DNA of 50,022 nucleotides from positions 64,234,056-64,284,077 of the forward strand of contig NC_068984.1 in the NCBI RefSeq assembly GCF_001194135.2, written 5' to 3'. Source of the DNA: Octopus bimaculoides (taxonomy: Eukaryota). Shown here piece by piece: positions 38,721 to 50,022 of this stretch (positions are counted from its first letter, which is position 1; the number at the start of each line of letters is the position of its first letter). The notes below the pieces were generated by a model. That model had not been told where the DNA came from, made no database searches, and saw nothing but the letters and a program-made list of their open reading frames with translations. Made by a program: the position numbers and the translations under genes.

Positions 38721-38945
38721 CAATATTATTATTATTATTAGTAGTAGTAGTAGTAGTGGTAGTAGTAGTAGTAGTAGTAGTAATAGTAGTAGTAATGAGT
38801 GAGTGAGTGAGAGAGCAGCGCATCCCCTCAAAGTGAAACTGGGGTAATGGTATGTTTTAAATGAAGAACACATTACCCTTCAATTTGCGAACAAGTATAT
38901 ATCGATACACACAAACACACACACATGCACACACACACACACACA

Positions 38946-38986
<41 letters not shown>

Positions 38987-39011
38987 ATATATATATATAT
39001 ATTTATGCGTA

Positions 39012-39084
<73 letters not shown>

Positions 39085-39732
39085 ATGAGACGGTGGAAAG
39101 TATATTATGTAGGGAATTATGAATATTTTATGGAGATGTTCGTCATCACTTGAGATCGATAATGTAAAAGTTATAAGCGAATAACTGAAGAACTCCAGCA
39201 TCTAATAATGTCAGAAAAATGCCGGCAGCCTTCGATAACTGTAAAATCCTTCACCAAATAATCTTATAAAAATAACATGTGCCCTACATCGTAGTGAATG
39301 AATATAAACAGTTTTCTGAATTCCAGCACGAATGTAATTATGGCTTCATAATGACACGAAGATAAAGTTCATGTAGACAGAATAAACATCCAAACGCTCT
39401 TTGTTTGTTGTTGAGATATCAGAAAGTATAGAGAGAGAATATGAAAGTTACGACAGATCGATACTTTTGCAAATACGTGAATATGTATATATATATATAT
39501 ACATGTACATATATGTATATATGTGTGTGTATATATATATANNNNNNNNNNNNNNNNNNNNNNNNNNNNNNNNNNNNNNNNNNNNNNNNNNNNNNNNNNN
39601 NNNNNNNNNNNNNNNNNNNNNNNNNNNNNNNNNNNNNNNNNNNNNNNNNNNNNNNNNNNNNNNNNNNNNNNNNNNNNNNNNNNNNNNNNNNNNNNNNNNN
39701 NNNNNNNNNNNNNNNNNNNNNNNTATATATAC

Positions 39733-39769
<37 letters not shown>

Positions 39770-39817
39770 TACAATATATTCACAGACGCACGCACACACA
39801 CACTAACACACTTATTC

Positions 39818-39854
<37 letters not shown>

Positions 39855-40328
39855 GTATGTGCTGTGGTTTATGCGTGTACACCAAAACAGAGTGTTATGT
39901 GTATTTGAGGGTGCCAATGTATTTATCTATTTTCACAGCATAGTTTAGTATAGTGAACTAGTGTGAGTGCCATGTATATTTATATAAATCTATATATACA
40001 TACATAAATTTACATGTGAGTGTGAGTGTGTATGTGCGTGTCTATCTGTCTGTCTGTATCTATGTATGAAATCGGAGTATAGATTGACGCTATCATTTTA
40101 TGTAATAATTTGATGCACACATGCCGTTATGTCCGTAAGTTTTTGTAGCTGTTTGAGAATTTATTACATAAGGCACTGGTACAATTATAGCACGGTTTGG
40201 GTTGTTAGGCCTTCTTTATGTAAGTATCAGCAATGTGAAATGAAATAAGATGAATCGAGATGTGGCAAACGATACAGGTGGCAGCTGTAGGTTATACATA
40301 TATACAGCTGTAGGTCTTATGTATGTAT

Positions 40329-40434
<106 letters not shown>

Positions 40435-40984
40435 ATATATATATTATACTTATATATAATAAAACGGAAGATGGGTGTGTATGTACAAGTCCTTTCTTGA
40501 ATCCCCTTAAAATCACTATTTTTCATCCGATTTTGTTCACACTGGGAACATACATCACATATGTTCCACACATGGTCATAGACTCTTCAAATGTTCTTCA
40601 TAATATGTAATACCGCCCCTAGGGGATAAAAACTCCTTCACATCAGTAGATAACAAATACCAACCGTCTTTGTTTCAAGGGACATTACTCTTGATGACGT
40701 AGTTATGCTACTTTCACCTCGTCTTCTACTACAGTTTTTACAATGCCTTTTACTGCAAACCACCGATATTTGTACATTAGTACCTCCTTGAGGCAGCCAT
40801 GTAATTTAAATCAACATTTAGTTATTTTTGAAATGCCTTCAGAAATTAATCCATATATATATTCTCCACCTTTACTCATACAAAGTTGTGACAGTTATAC
40901 AGTTTTTACAATGCCCATTCGCTGCAAACTACCAATATTTGCACGTTAGCACAGAGTTGTTCTTGCACCTACAAATGCAGCTGT

Positions 40985-41507
40985 CATTACACTTAACTAC
41001 TATCTTCTTAAGAACCTTCTTACAGATCAGTTGACACCATTACCGACCTCGATCAGATTGCACACTTTCCAACAGAATTTCTCAACTCCCAATACCCTCC
41101 AGGACCCCCTCCCCATGAACTTCACTTAAAATCTAAACGCACCCACACTATGCAATGGAACTCGTCTTGTAGTCAAACAAATGATGGTGCACGTCATTAA
41201 AGCCCAAATTACCACAGAACACAACAAAAACGATACCGTTTTTATTCCGAAAATTCTGCCTACTGTATGCGGAGACTTCAGTTCGCTCTCAAACTCAGGT
41301 TCGCTCTCAAACTCAGGTTCGCCATGACAATTAACAAAGGACAAGGTCAATCGCTGAAAATTGTTGGATTCGAACTTCGTATGTCATGCTATTCATATGG
41401 ACAGTTCTATGTCCGTTGTTCCAAAGTTGGCCATCCAGACAATTTATTCATCTATGCTCCTGAAGAAAAAAACCAAAAATGCCGTCTACAAAGCAGCCCT
41501 ACACTAG
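40985..41507 (+). mobile_element. Helitron Pif1-like helicase C-terminal relic
   Basis: Reads FPTEFLNS..PPGPPPHELHLK, LCNGTRLVVKQ, VFIPKI, RLQFALKLRFAMTINKGQGQSL (cf. FAMTINKSQGQSL), YGQFYVRCSKV and TKNAVYKAAL*. Confidence 0.93.
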
Positions 41508-42066
41508 TTGCTTCTCTACTGCAATTTTCACATCTACGCCAAACTGTAGCCGTTAGCAATCGGACTTCCTACAAGCATTTCATTGGCATTTTGTTTCATT
41601 TCTGTGATTGTTGTTAAAAGTACATTATCTTCAATGACCCTTCTTACTTCACACACACTGTTCGCTCATAAGCATGCTCTGACATTTATTTTTTACATAC
41701 CATATGCTATTCGTGTGCTTGCAATAAATGTTTGCTTTTGTTTATCATACATGACTTTCACTGAAAAAAAGCTTGAATGTGGCTCTGTCAGGCATTACGA
41801 GTAAAATAACTATATGCTAGAAAATCTTTCAGGTAAGATATAGGATCCCTAGTGCCTACTGCAATTGCGATCTCATTTCATGGACTTTCATTCATTACTA
41901 ATTGGCAAATTCGTGTTCAGAAAACTTTATTCATTACCTAGGTTGCATTATTCATTATAATATACTGAGAATTAAATTAGTAATTATACATTTTACTTGA
42001 AACAACTTCTAACTGCGGACTAATTCAAATTAATATTCAATTTATCACCCTCATTATTTAAATTAT

Positions 42067-42137
<71 letters not shown>

Positions 42138-42199
42138 CCGAAATGTATATTATTAAATATCCATCATGGCTGATCTTTCCCAAACGGTACATTTCGGGT

Positions 42200-42690
42200 G
42201 ATATACCCACTCTTATCATATACCTGCTACCCCAATGTGAAGGGTATCATTACAGGTGGTCAATACCAAGAGCCTAAATCCAGCTGTATCTGTTGCGATC
42301 CAGGATCCTGTCACCTTAACCAACGATGTATAATTAAATCTATTATATATGAGGCAAAAGTAACTGCAACCTTAAATAATAATACAACAGATAAGAAGAC
42401 CTCTACTGGATTATGTGAAGGAGAAGTTTAAAATCCGACATAAAGACAAAAGCAAAGCTACTAAGTTGGCTAGTTATGCATAGAGTTTGAAAGATAACGA
42501 AACACTACTTGTGATTAAGTGGAAAATAATTGAGAAATCAATACCTTATGTTAATGGATCGAATAAATGTAGGCTTTGTTTACCTGAAAGAGTGCAGATC
42601 CTGTTGAGATCTAAGATCCCTAACTCTCTACTGCTCTGTAGGTCTGAAATTTTCAGTGTCTGCAAGCATATGTACAAATATATTTAGAAT
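42200..42690 (+). mobile_element. Penelope-like element C-terminal GIY-YIG endonuclease relic
   Basis: Reads CICCDPGSCHLNQRC (CxC...C..C linker), IIYEAKV, TGLCEGE.FKIR, TKLASY, IKWKII, KCRLCLPER and RSEIFSVCKH. Confidence 0.85.
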
Positions 42691-43030
42691 TGGAAAATTC
42701 TGCCTATTCCTCATTCACTTGGTATCTTGGTATCCAGCCTTATAATTTAATGTCTAAGGGAGATAACATTTTTACCCTTTTTTTCTTACTTTTTACTTTT
42801 TACATTTTCGTTTTTGTGTTTTCGTTTTCCGTTTTTTTTTTTAACTTTCTATATGCTGCCTTCTCAGTTTTTTTCACGTTTCTTCTCTTATTATGATATG
42901 TGGTTTGTGTCTGATCAATATGTTTGAGATATTTCTCAACAGATGAAACTATTAATAGCAAGTAAGGATATGTATTGTGTCTTTTAAACAAATAGTATTT
43001 AACTCTCCTCAGATGGAGTATCTTTTTTAC

Positions 43031-43350
43031 TCGTGTGGTAAGAAGTTTACTTTCCATGGTCTTGGATTCAGTTGGACTGCTCGATACCTCAGACAGTTGA
43101 TTCCACGGACCAACTAAAGCATCGGGAGTGGATTTAATATACGGAAGCTGAAAGAAACCCGTCGTATATACACATATTTGTGTGTATGCAAGGACTTGAC
43201 AACCAGTCTTGGCGTGTTTATACCCCCGTAACTTAGCAGTTCGACAAAAGTGAAATAAGTTACAGGTTAAAGCAAAATAAGTACTGGGTTCGATTCATCC
43301 GACTAAACATTCATGGCTGCAACTTAATGACTGAAACATGCAAAAGATTC
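43031..43350 (+). mobile_element. SINE family B
   Basis: gtgtggtaagaagttt...ggaagctgaaagaaacccgtcgtat...ttgacaacc...cgtaacttagcagttcg...ataagtactgggttcgattc...atgactgaaac. Confidence 0.85.
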
Positions 43351-43464
43351 AATAGCTTGAAATTTGTTACCAAATGAAAAAAGAACGTGAGCTACCAATA
43401 TTCAGAAAAATACTGGTAGTTGTGAGGCATACAAATGTTTGCTTGAAAAATCCTCTGTAATTCA

Positions 43465-43466
43465 TG

Positions 43467-43530
<64 letters not shown>

Positions 43531-43644
43531 AACATAGACAGACAGACAGGCAGGCAGACAGACAGGCAGGCAGACAGACAGGCAGGCAGGCAGATTGGTA
43601 GGTAGGTAGGTAGGTAGGTAGGTAGGTAGGTAGTTAGGTAGGTT

Positions 43645-43699
<55 letters not shown>

Positions 43700-43700
43700 T

Positions 43701-43754
<54 letters not shown>

Positions 43755-43755
43755 T
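43465..43755. repeat. Compound tetranucleotide array (TAGA)n-(CAGA/CAGG)n-(TAGG)n-(TAGA)n
   Basis: Directly visible. Confidence 0.97.
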
Positions 43756-45162
43756 ACGTATTTGTGTATACATACATGTAAATATATATTCAGTCATATA
43801 CATACACACAACCCACACACGCACATAGGTATGTAGATATTGACTCTTTAATATTTTTAAGCCGATGCGATCATTGTGCTGCTCTGATTCTAAAGATGGC
43901 TGCATAATATCGATTTATTTTTTACTGTTGCATATGTTGAGACCTATTTTGTATGCTGAATGTTCAGCAAGTTCGTGGAGGTTGTTCAAGAACAAGTTTA
44001 ATTATCTCTCGAAGATACTCGATTCAAAACACAAAAACTTCATATATTTGGAAATTCTTTAAATGTGTTTGAAAATAGTTTTTGATTAAATTTGAAAAAC
44101 TTTTCACAGAACATTTACAGTACACAGTTATCGGTTCTGTTGCCGAAGATGATGCTGGATGAAAATATCGATGATTTGGAGTCATGTATGACAAATTATC
44201 GTGTCGTGTTTTACGATGTTGTTGAATACATACATACATTCGAAAACCTGAAGATAGAGCCTGTATATACATAATCGGTTAGTAGTGAATATTTGAAATA
44301 TAAAATTGCGAAATATTTTCTTTTACCTATATAATAGGAAAAAGATGTGATGAATTGTTGTTTATGATAAAACCCTAAGAAATGCATGAAATCACAACTT
44401 CCCATTTTATTTCTATTTCTTTTTAAAAAATGAACTTATATACAAACAACAAAATTCATGAGTTTTTGTTTTTACGTACGATAACAAACATTATCTATAT
44501 CCTCACGAAACTACTTAGATTATGTTATACGTAAAGCTACTTAATACAAATCCTAAAGGAATGTATGTAGGTATTCGCTAGAAAAAATATACTTAGGATA
44601 TTTCATAGAAACATTTAACGTGATTACACGCAACTCATCTGATGATAGCTGATGTGCTATGAAAGACTAAACAAAACCACCGAGTTCTCAAGTATAATAA
44701 GGCACCTGATGAAATAATGTGGCGATGAGTTTATACATCCATGTTCTGAGTTCAATTTTCAACGGTATCGACAAATTATGTATAGGAAATATACTACGAA
44801 CGGTTCAGTCACCTATATTTTGTATTGCTCTGTATCTAGTCGCCTCTGCAAATCAATATAAATATGAAGCCTGGAAGACTACAAATACAGTAGGGTGCTA
44901 TAATAAATTATTTTCAATATATCTTTTTTATCTCATTCTAAGTCGAAATTGGACTGGGAACAAATTTGGTTTCCATCCATCTGATGGTCGATAAAAGATA
45001 AAACAATTGTTAAATTCTAGCCCTAAGCCAACCCTGATCGAAAAGGCACATGATCAAATGCTTTTGCTCTCGTGACTGTTTCGTTTTGCTGTTACTGTTT
45101 ACCCTCAGTAAAAGAAGCTGAATATGTATCCCCCCCTCTTTCTCTCCTTGTCTCTCTCTGTA

Positions 45163-45226
<64 letters not shown>

Positions 45227-45289
45227 TGTGTGTGTTTGTATATATATATGTGTTCATATATAAATAATGTATGCATGTATATATATATA

Positions 45290-45326
<37 letters not shown>

Positions 45327-46704
45327 AATATGTCCGTTCTTTTAAGAGGCTAGTGTTTGAATTTTCCAGAGTTCGGGTGTTATTTGTACCAGGTCGAGTT
45401 ACATATATATGGCCTCCTGGTTGACTTGTAAATATAGGTAATATATTGGGTCCTATTTATTTTACTAAAATCTTCAGTAAACAGAGCCCATCAGCTTAAA
45501 TGAAAAACTAATGATATATGATTATGTATGATACGGGATGTTACCAGAGAGGGGATATATTTCGCCTCTACCCCTATTCTTTAAGTTCTAATCTCGCAGG
45601 ATTATACTTGGTGTTTCTTCTATGGTCGATAAAAGAAGTATCACTAATACGCTGGAATTGATTTCGGGAAACATCTCTTATATCTCCGCTGTTACGAGAC
45701 TTGGCGTTCCGCCTGATCAAAAGAAGTCAGTATTATATAAATTGCATTCAAATTGGCTTATTTTTCCGATACAATAGAACTAACATAATTATATGATTGG
45801 GAAGAAGTGTCATAAAACCACGCATTGTCATAAAACTTTATTACATTCATAAGGAAGTTTATATTTTTGTATTAATTAAACTTTGGCATATTATTTAATC
45901 ATACTACTTACGAACAACTGTTGTCCGTGTATTGATTGATTTGTCATATTTTACTATTAGCACTGAATCAATGCGGAAATATTACTCTTTCATTTAGTGT
46001 CGTTTAATTCTATTCCGGGCATTTCTCTAACTGCATTAAGGACTCGTATGTGAAAAATTAATTCATTTCATTTGATAATATGAAGCATGTTTTACATATG
46101 AGAAGTGCAGCCCATCGCAACTATTGAATGCTTTCTGAAGTAAATGAACAAGAAAATTCGTTACAATAATGTTCATGAGCTTCTTTTCAAAAAGTCTAAA
46201 CATTTAAACGTAGTCAGAAGCAAAACTTAGCAATGCCTTTAAGGGATAGAAAGAAGAAGAAGGAGGAGGAGAATTTTATTTCTGGTAGTGCATTGAAAGG
46301 AATTACATCATAAAGCAAATGCAAAATGTGTGGGCGTGCGCCCGCGTACGTGTGTGTGTGGTGAGCATATGTATATAGATGCGATGGACTTTTGATGCTT
46401 GATAATGCAACCGTAGAAATATATAAAGCATTCCACATAAATTGTGATTACCTTCAAGAGTCCGTACCTAACATTCTACAAATGAAACATCAAACTTACC
46501 CCACCATGCTCGCGTACGCACAGAAACATACATGTATACACACAGACTAACCGTCAACGCAATACTTGGCGCTCCCTCGTCTATTTTTTCAGTCGCAATC
46601 ACCCTGAATATACAATAGTCCCTGTGGTTCTATTATCAGTTTTATCGAAACCAAAAGTTGATCCTCACAAGAATCCACAATCCACGTTGTCCAACAGTGT
46701 CCTG

Positions 46705-47225
46705 GATCGCTGATGGAGGGACCGGTTAAATTGGCTTGGTCCAGATCTCCAAGTGGTGAAGAATTATGTTGAGGTGACGAGTAGGGTAGCCGTTCTTAAC
46801 CAAAAATCAACTGAGATGAAGCTACCCCTGAAAGGCCAGGCAGAAGTGTCGAATGCCTACATTGCTAGCATCATCTATTACCACCTGATCTTCGTACTTT
46901 ATCCCACTTCATGTCTGAGTAGTTTAGAGTGCCTGCTCTTCTCTTTTTAAAGAATACCAAGACAGTCCATCTGTTGTCGGCAACTATTATGTGGAGGACT
47001 GAGTGTGCCGTATCTGATGATGTACAGGCAAAAACTGAGGTTGCGAGGTTTCCATGACGGGGAACAAGAGCGGGTGCTGTTTGTCAGTCGCATTTTTCCT
47101 AGCTAACCTGTTCAACAGAGCTGCAGTCCTGGGTTTAATGAAGAGCGAGACAGTGTGCTTGACATCTGAAATTTCGCCAAGCGCTCTACAGGCCTCTACC
47201 AATCGGACAATGTAATCGGCGTAAA
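46705..47225 (+). mobile_element. Tx1/L1-clade non-LTR retrotransposon fragment (post-RT region)
   Basis: Reads EGPVKL, GPDLQVVKNYVEVTSRV, KLPLKGQAEVSNAYIASIIYYHL (cf. LSLxGRxxVxNxLxxSxLWY), LECLLFSF and GGLSVP. Confidence 0.8.
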
Positions 47226-47415
47226 GTAGGCATTAGTGCGCTACAGCTGTTAAAGAGGGTGAAGTTTGGGTGAAAGCGATGAAATTTCCAGAGAAACTCT
47301 GGGCACAGTTAGGTAAAGGACCTAAGTAATCGACTAACCCATACCCCTCAAGAAGTGTTAGTGTTTTTCCTAAATCATCATCATCGTCGTCGTGGTCATT
47401 GTTGCTGTTGTTGTT

Positions 47416-47612
47416 AAGGTGGTGAGCTAGCAGAACCGTTAGCTCACCGGGCAAAATGCATAGCGGCATTTCGTCAGTTCTGAGTTCAAATTCCACCGAC
47501 TTCAACTTTGAGTTTTATCCTTCCGGGGTCGATAAAATAAGTACTAGTTGAGTACTAGGATCGATGTAATCGACTTATCCACTTACCCGAAATTGCTGGC
47601 TTTGTACCAAAA
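47416..47612 (+). mobile_element. SINE family A
   Basis: aaggtggtgagctagcagaaccgttag...ttctgagttcaaattcc...ggggtcgataaaataagtac. Confidence 0.92.
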
Positions 47613-47643
<31 letters not shown>

Positions 47644-47646
<3 letters not shown>

Positions 47647-47793
47647 TAGTTTTATTTTCATAACGTGCTTTCACTTCACTACCGAGCGCAGCTCTGTGCG
47701 CCTTGGGTATGTGCTGTGGTTTGCTGTGGTGCTCTTATGTTTACTGTATTGAAAGTGTTTTGCGTAGAATGTGTGCAGTACCCAGTAGTGCTA
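47644..47793 (-). mobile_element. Extreme 3' end of a Dong/R4-like element with (AAT)n tail
   Basis: Minus strand encodes ALLGTAHILRKTLSIQ*, then a short 3' UTR ending in (AAT)n at 47613-47643. Confidence 0.85.
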
Positions 47794-47842
47794 ATTATTA
47801 TTATTATTATTATTATTATTGTTATTATTATTATTATTATTA

Positions 47843-48380
47843 ATATAGACATCGTGAGGTTGTTGATTGAAGATGTTGTGTCTACCGGGGGTTTGTACTG
47901 TTTGTTAAATCACAACAAGGACCACAGACAGACAATACTTTACGCAATATGTGTGCACTTCTAAGTAATGCCGACTTTTGCAAGACATCTAGATTGTAGG
48001 GTATTTCTAAGGTTTTCAGATGTTTTTTTTGTTTTTTTTTCAAATTGGATGGTATTGAACCCAGTGCACCAATGATAATAGGGATAAACTTTATGTTTGA
48101 CTCTCGTAGCTGCCACATCTTAGCGATCTCAATTTTCAAGTTTCTATATTTATCAAACTTTACTCTTTCTTTCATGGTGATATGTTGATCTCCTGGCACT
48201 GCCACATCAATTATTAGGCACTCTTCTTTGTCCCTCCTAAAGGTTACTATATTCGGCCTTCGGTGCTCTAACACTTTGTCTGTCTGGAAACCAAAGTCCC
48301 AGAGGATTTTTGCCTTCCCCTTTTCGTCCATTACCTTTTTCCGGTGTATGTTGGTATCAAGCACCTGTGACCACATACCA
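47843..48380 (-). mobile_element. 5'-truncated Dong/R4-like element with an open RLE endonuclease domain
   Basis: ORF reads KAKILWDFGFQTDKVLEHRRPNIV...CLIIDVAVPGD...KFDKY...IPIIIGALGSIP...LQKSALLRSAHILRKVL, flanked by (TTA)n at 47793-47842 and 48381-48394. Confidence 0.95.
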
Positions 48381-49684
48381 TTATTATTATTATTTCCGCT
48401 TTCTCTTATTTCTTTTGTCTCTGTTATGTTTGTCGTTGTTGTTGTTGTTATCATCAAGTCATCATGTCTATCTCTCTCTGACAATGAAAAGTGACAACGA
48501 GAGCATTATCAGCAGAATGTGAACAGATATTCAGAAAAGTTCTTTCATAATATCATTATTTATAGACGATAAGACGGCTATCAAAATTAGGCGAAGTGAT
48601 AAATACCAGTCGTTTCTCAATGAGGAAGGGAGGGGATATTAGAGTATTGTGTCATAAATTTGACAACCTGACAGAATTTTATCATCTTATAAAATCATGT
48701 CTTGAAGATCGTATTACAACAGTTGCAGTTCAATATATATTTAAGTATGACGTTTAGTTGAAAACATGAGAACTACATAGACATAAATAGCTAGAAAGAG
48801 CGAAACAAGAAACAAGATGAAGTAGAGAAGAGAGAAGAGACTAATGTAAAGTAGATATGAAGGAGAAACGAAAGAAAGAGAACGCTACTAAAAATGATAG
48901 GATAACACGTAAAATTGAATTTAAATATATTTCTTTATTTATAGACATATAATATGCACTTATATGTATAATCACAAATGCACTCACATATATATATATA
49001 TANNNNNNNNNNNNNNNNNNNNNNNNNNNNNNNNNNNNNNNNNNNNNNNNNNNNNNNNNNNNNNNNNNNNNNNNNNNNNNNNNNNNNNNNNNNNNNNNNN
49101 NNNNNNNNNNNNNNNNNNNNNNNNNNNNNNNNNNNNNNNNNNNNNNNNNNNNNNNNNNNNNNNNNNNNNNNNNNNNNNNNNNNNNNNNNNNNNNNNNNNN
49201 NNNNNNNNNNNNNNNNNNNNNNNNNNNNNNNNNNNNNNNNNNNNNNNNNNNNNNNNNNNNNNNNNNNNNNNNNNNNNNNNNNNNNNNNNNNNNNNNNNNN
49301 NNNNNNNNNNNNNNNNNNNNNNNNNNNNNNNNNNNNNNNGAGAGAGAGAGAGAGAGAGAGCTCAATATTTCCTTAGAAATATTGTTCAGCAACGTATCAA
49401 ATTGACGAAGCACATTCGCTTTACATTTCAATAACAGTTTATCGAGAGATGATTTACATAAATATTTTGAAGCTCTTGTGTTACAAGCTATATAAGTTAC
49501 TGATGCGTTAGATAGTGCTGTCGAAAAACTATAGATATATTCTATGCTACGTTGCAGCATACGTGTGTGTGTGCGTGTGTGTGTGTGTGTTTATTTGTCT
49601 CGGTGTATGCGTTAGTACGTCTATGTGCTTATCAATGTGTAAGCAAATTTATGTATAGGTATGCTTAAATTAGATAGATAGATA

Positions 49685-49730
49685 TGTTTCTTTATTAGCC
49701 ACACAGAGCTCAACACAGAGGGGACAAAAT
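49685..49730 (-). mobile_element. SINE A extended-tail fragment
   Basis: ttctttattagccacacagagctcaacacagaggggacaaa resembles 17115-17160. Confidence 0.55.
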
Positions 49731-50022
49731 ACAAATGTAGAGTTTTTTCTTTTCGAGGGGGTCGAAAACAAAGCACAAAAAAAAACAAAAGTGGGGACAA
49801 CGATGAAAAAAAAAACATCGCAAAACGTTTGGGGTATTTACAAAAAATACGAAATAATACAGAAAATTCCCAATAAATGGGGAGGTTATCCGTGGAAAGA
49901 AAAACCTACGAAAAGACCACGGTAACCTCGGTCCTTAGTGTCACAATTTGTTAAATAAAATTTCTTTTATTTATGCAAGAAACGTAAGTAACTCTCTGTT
50001 TACAAAATTTTAAAACGTTTTA

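Noticed and set aside
43940-44274. SYIWKFFK (BED-finger-like) and the short ORF 44092-44274
   Set aside because: No Cys/His ligands or transposase motifs follow, so there is insufficient support.

Overview
This is eukaryotic, AT-rich DNA saturated with microsatellites and transposon relics. It has 7 assembly gaps, each bordered by simple repeats. The SINE families and the (TA)n/(CA)n/(CATA)n/(TAGA)n/(TAA)n load strongly suggest an octopus genome; that attribution is inferred from recalled repeat sequences, not from a search. No intact host gene, RNA gene or prokaryotic-type system can be supported, and nearly all listed ORFs are microsatellite, N-gap or antisense-TE artefacts. Recognisable content: (1) about 20 copies or fragments of two tRNA-derived SINE families; (2) five fragments of restriction-like-endonuclease (RLE, R4/Dong-like) non-LTR retrotransposons, two of them stacked inside (TAA)n arrays; (3) a near-complete decayed mariner plus three smaller mariner pieces; (4) Penelope-like RT and GIY-YIG fragments with degenerate hammerhead-ribozyme motifs; (5) Helitron helicase, Tx1/L1, RTE and CR1/L2-like fragments. 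The structures most worth follow-up are three hammerhead relics, an 80-bp spacerless palindrome at the start of a mariner ORF relic, a 281-bp tandem duplication, a clean 93-bp exon-like segment and an unassigned GC-richer block. I found no clearly new biological system. All coordinates and alignments were read by eye.
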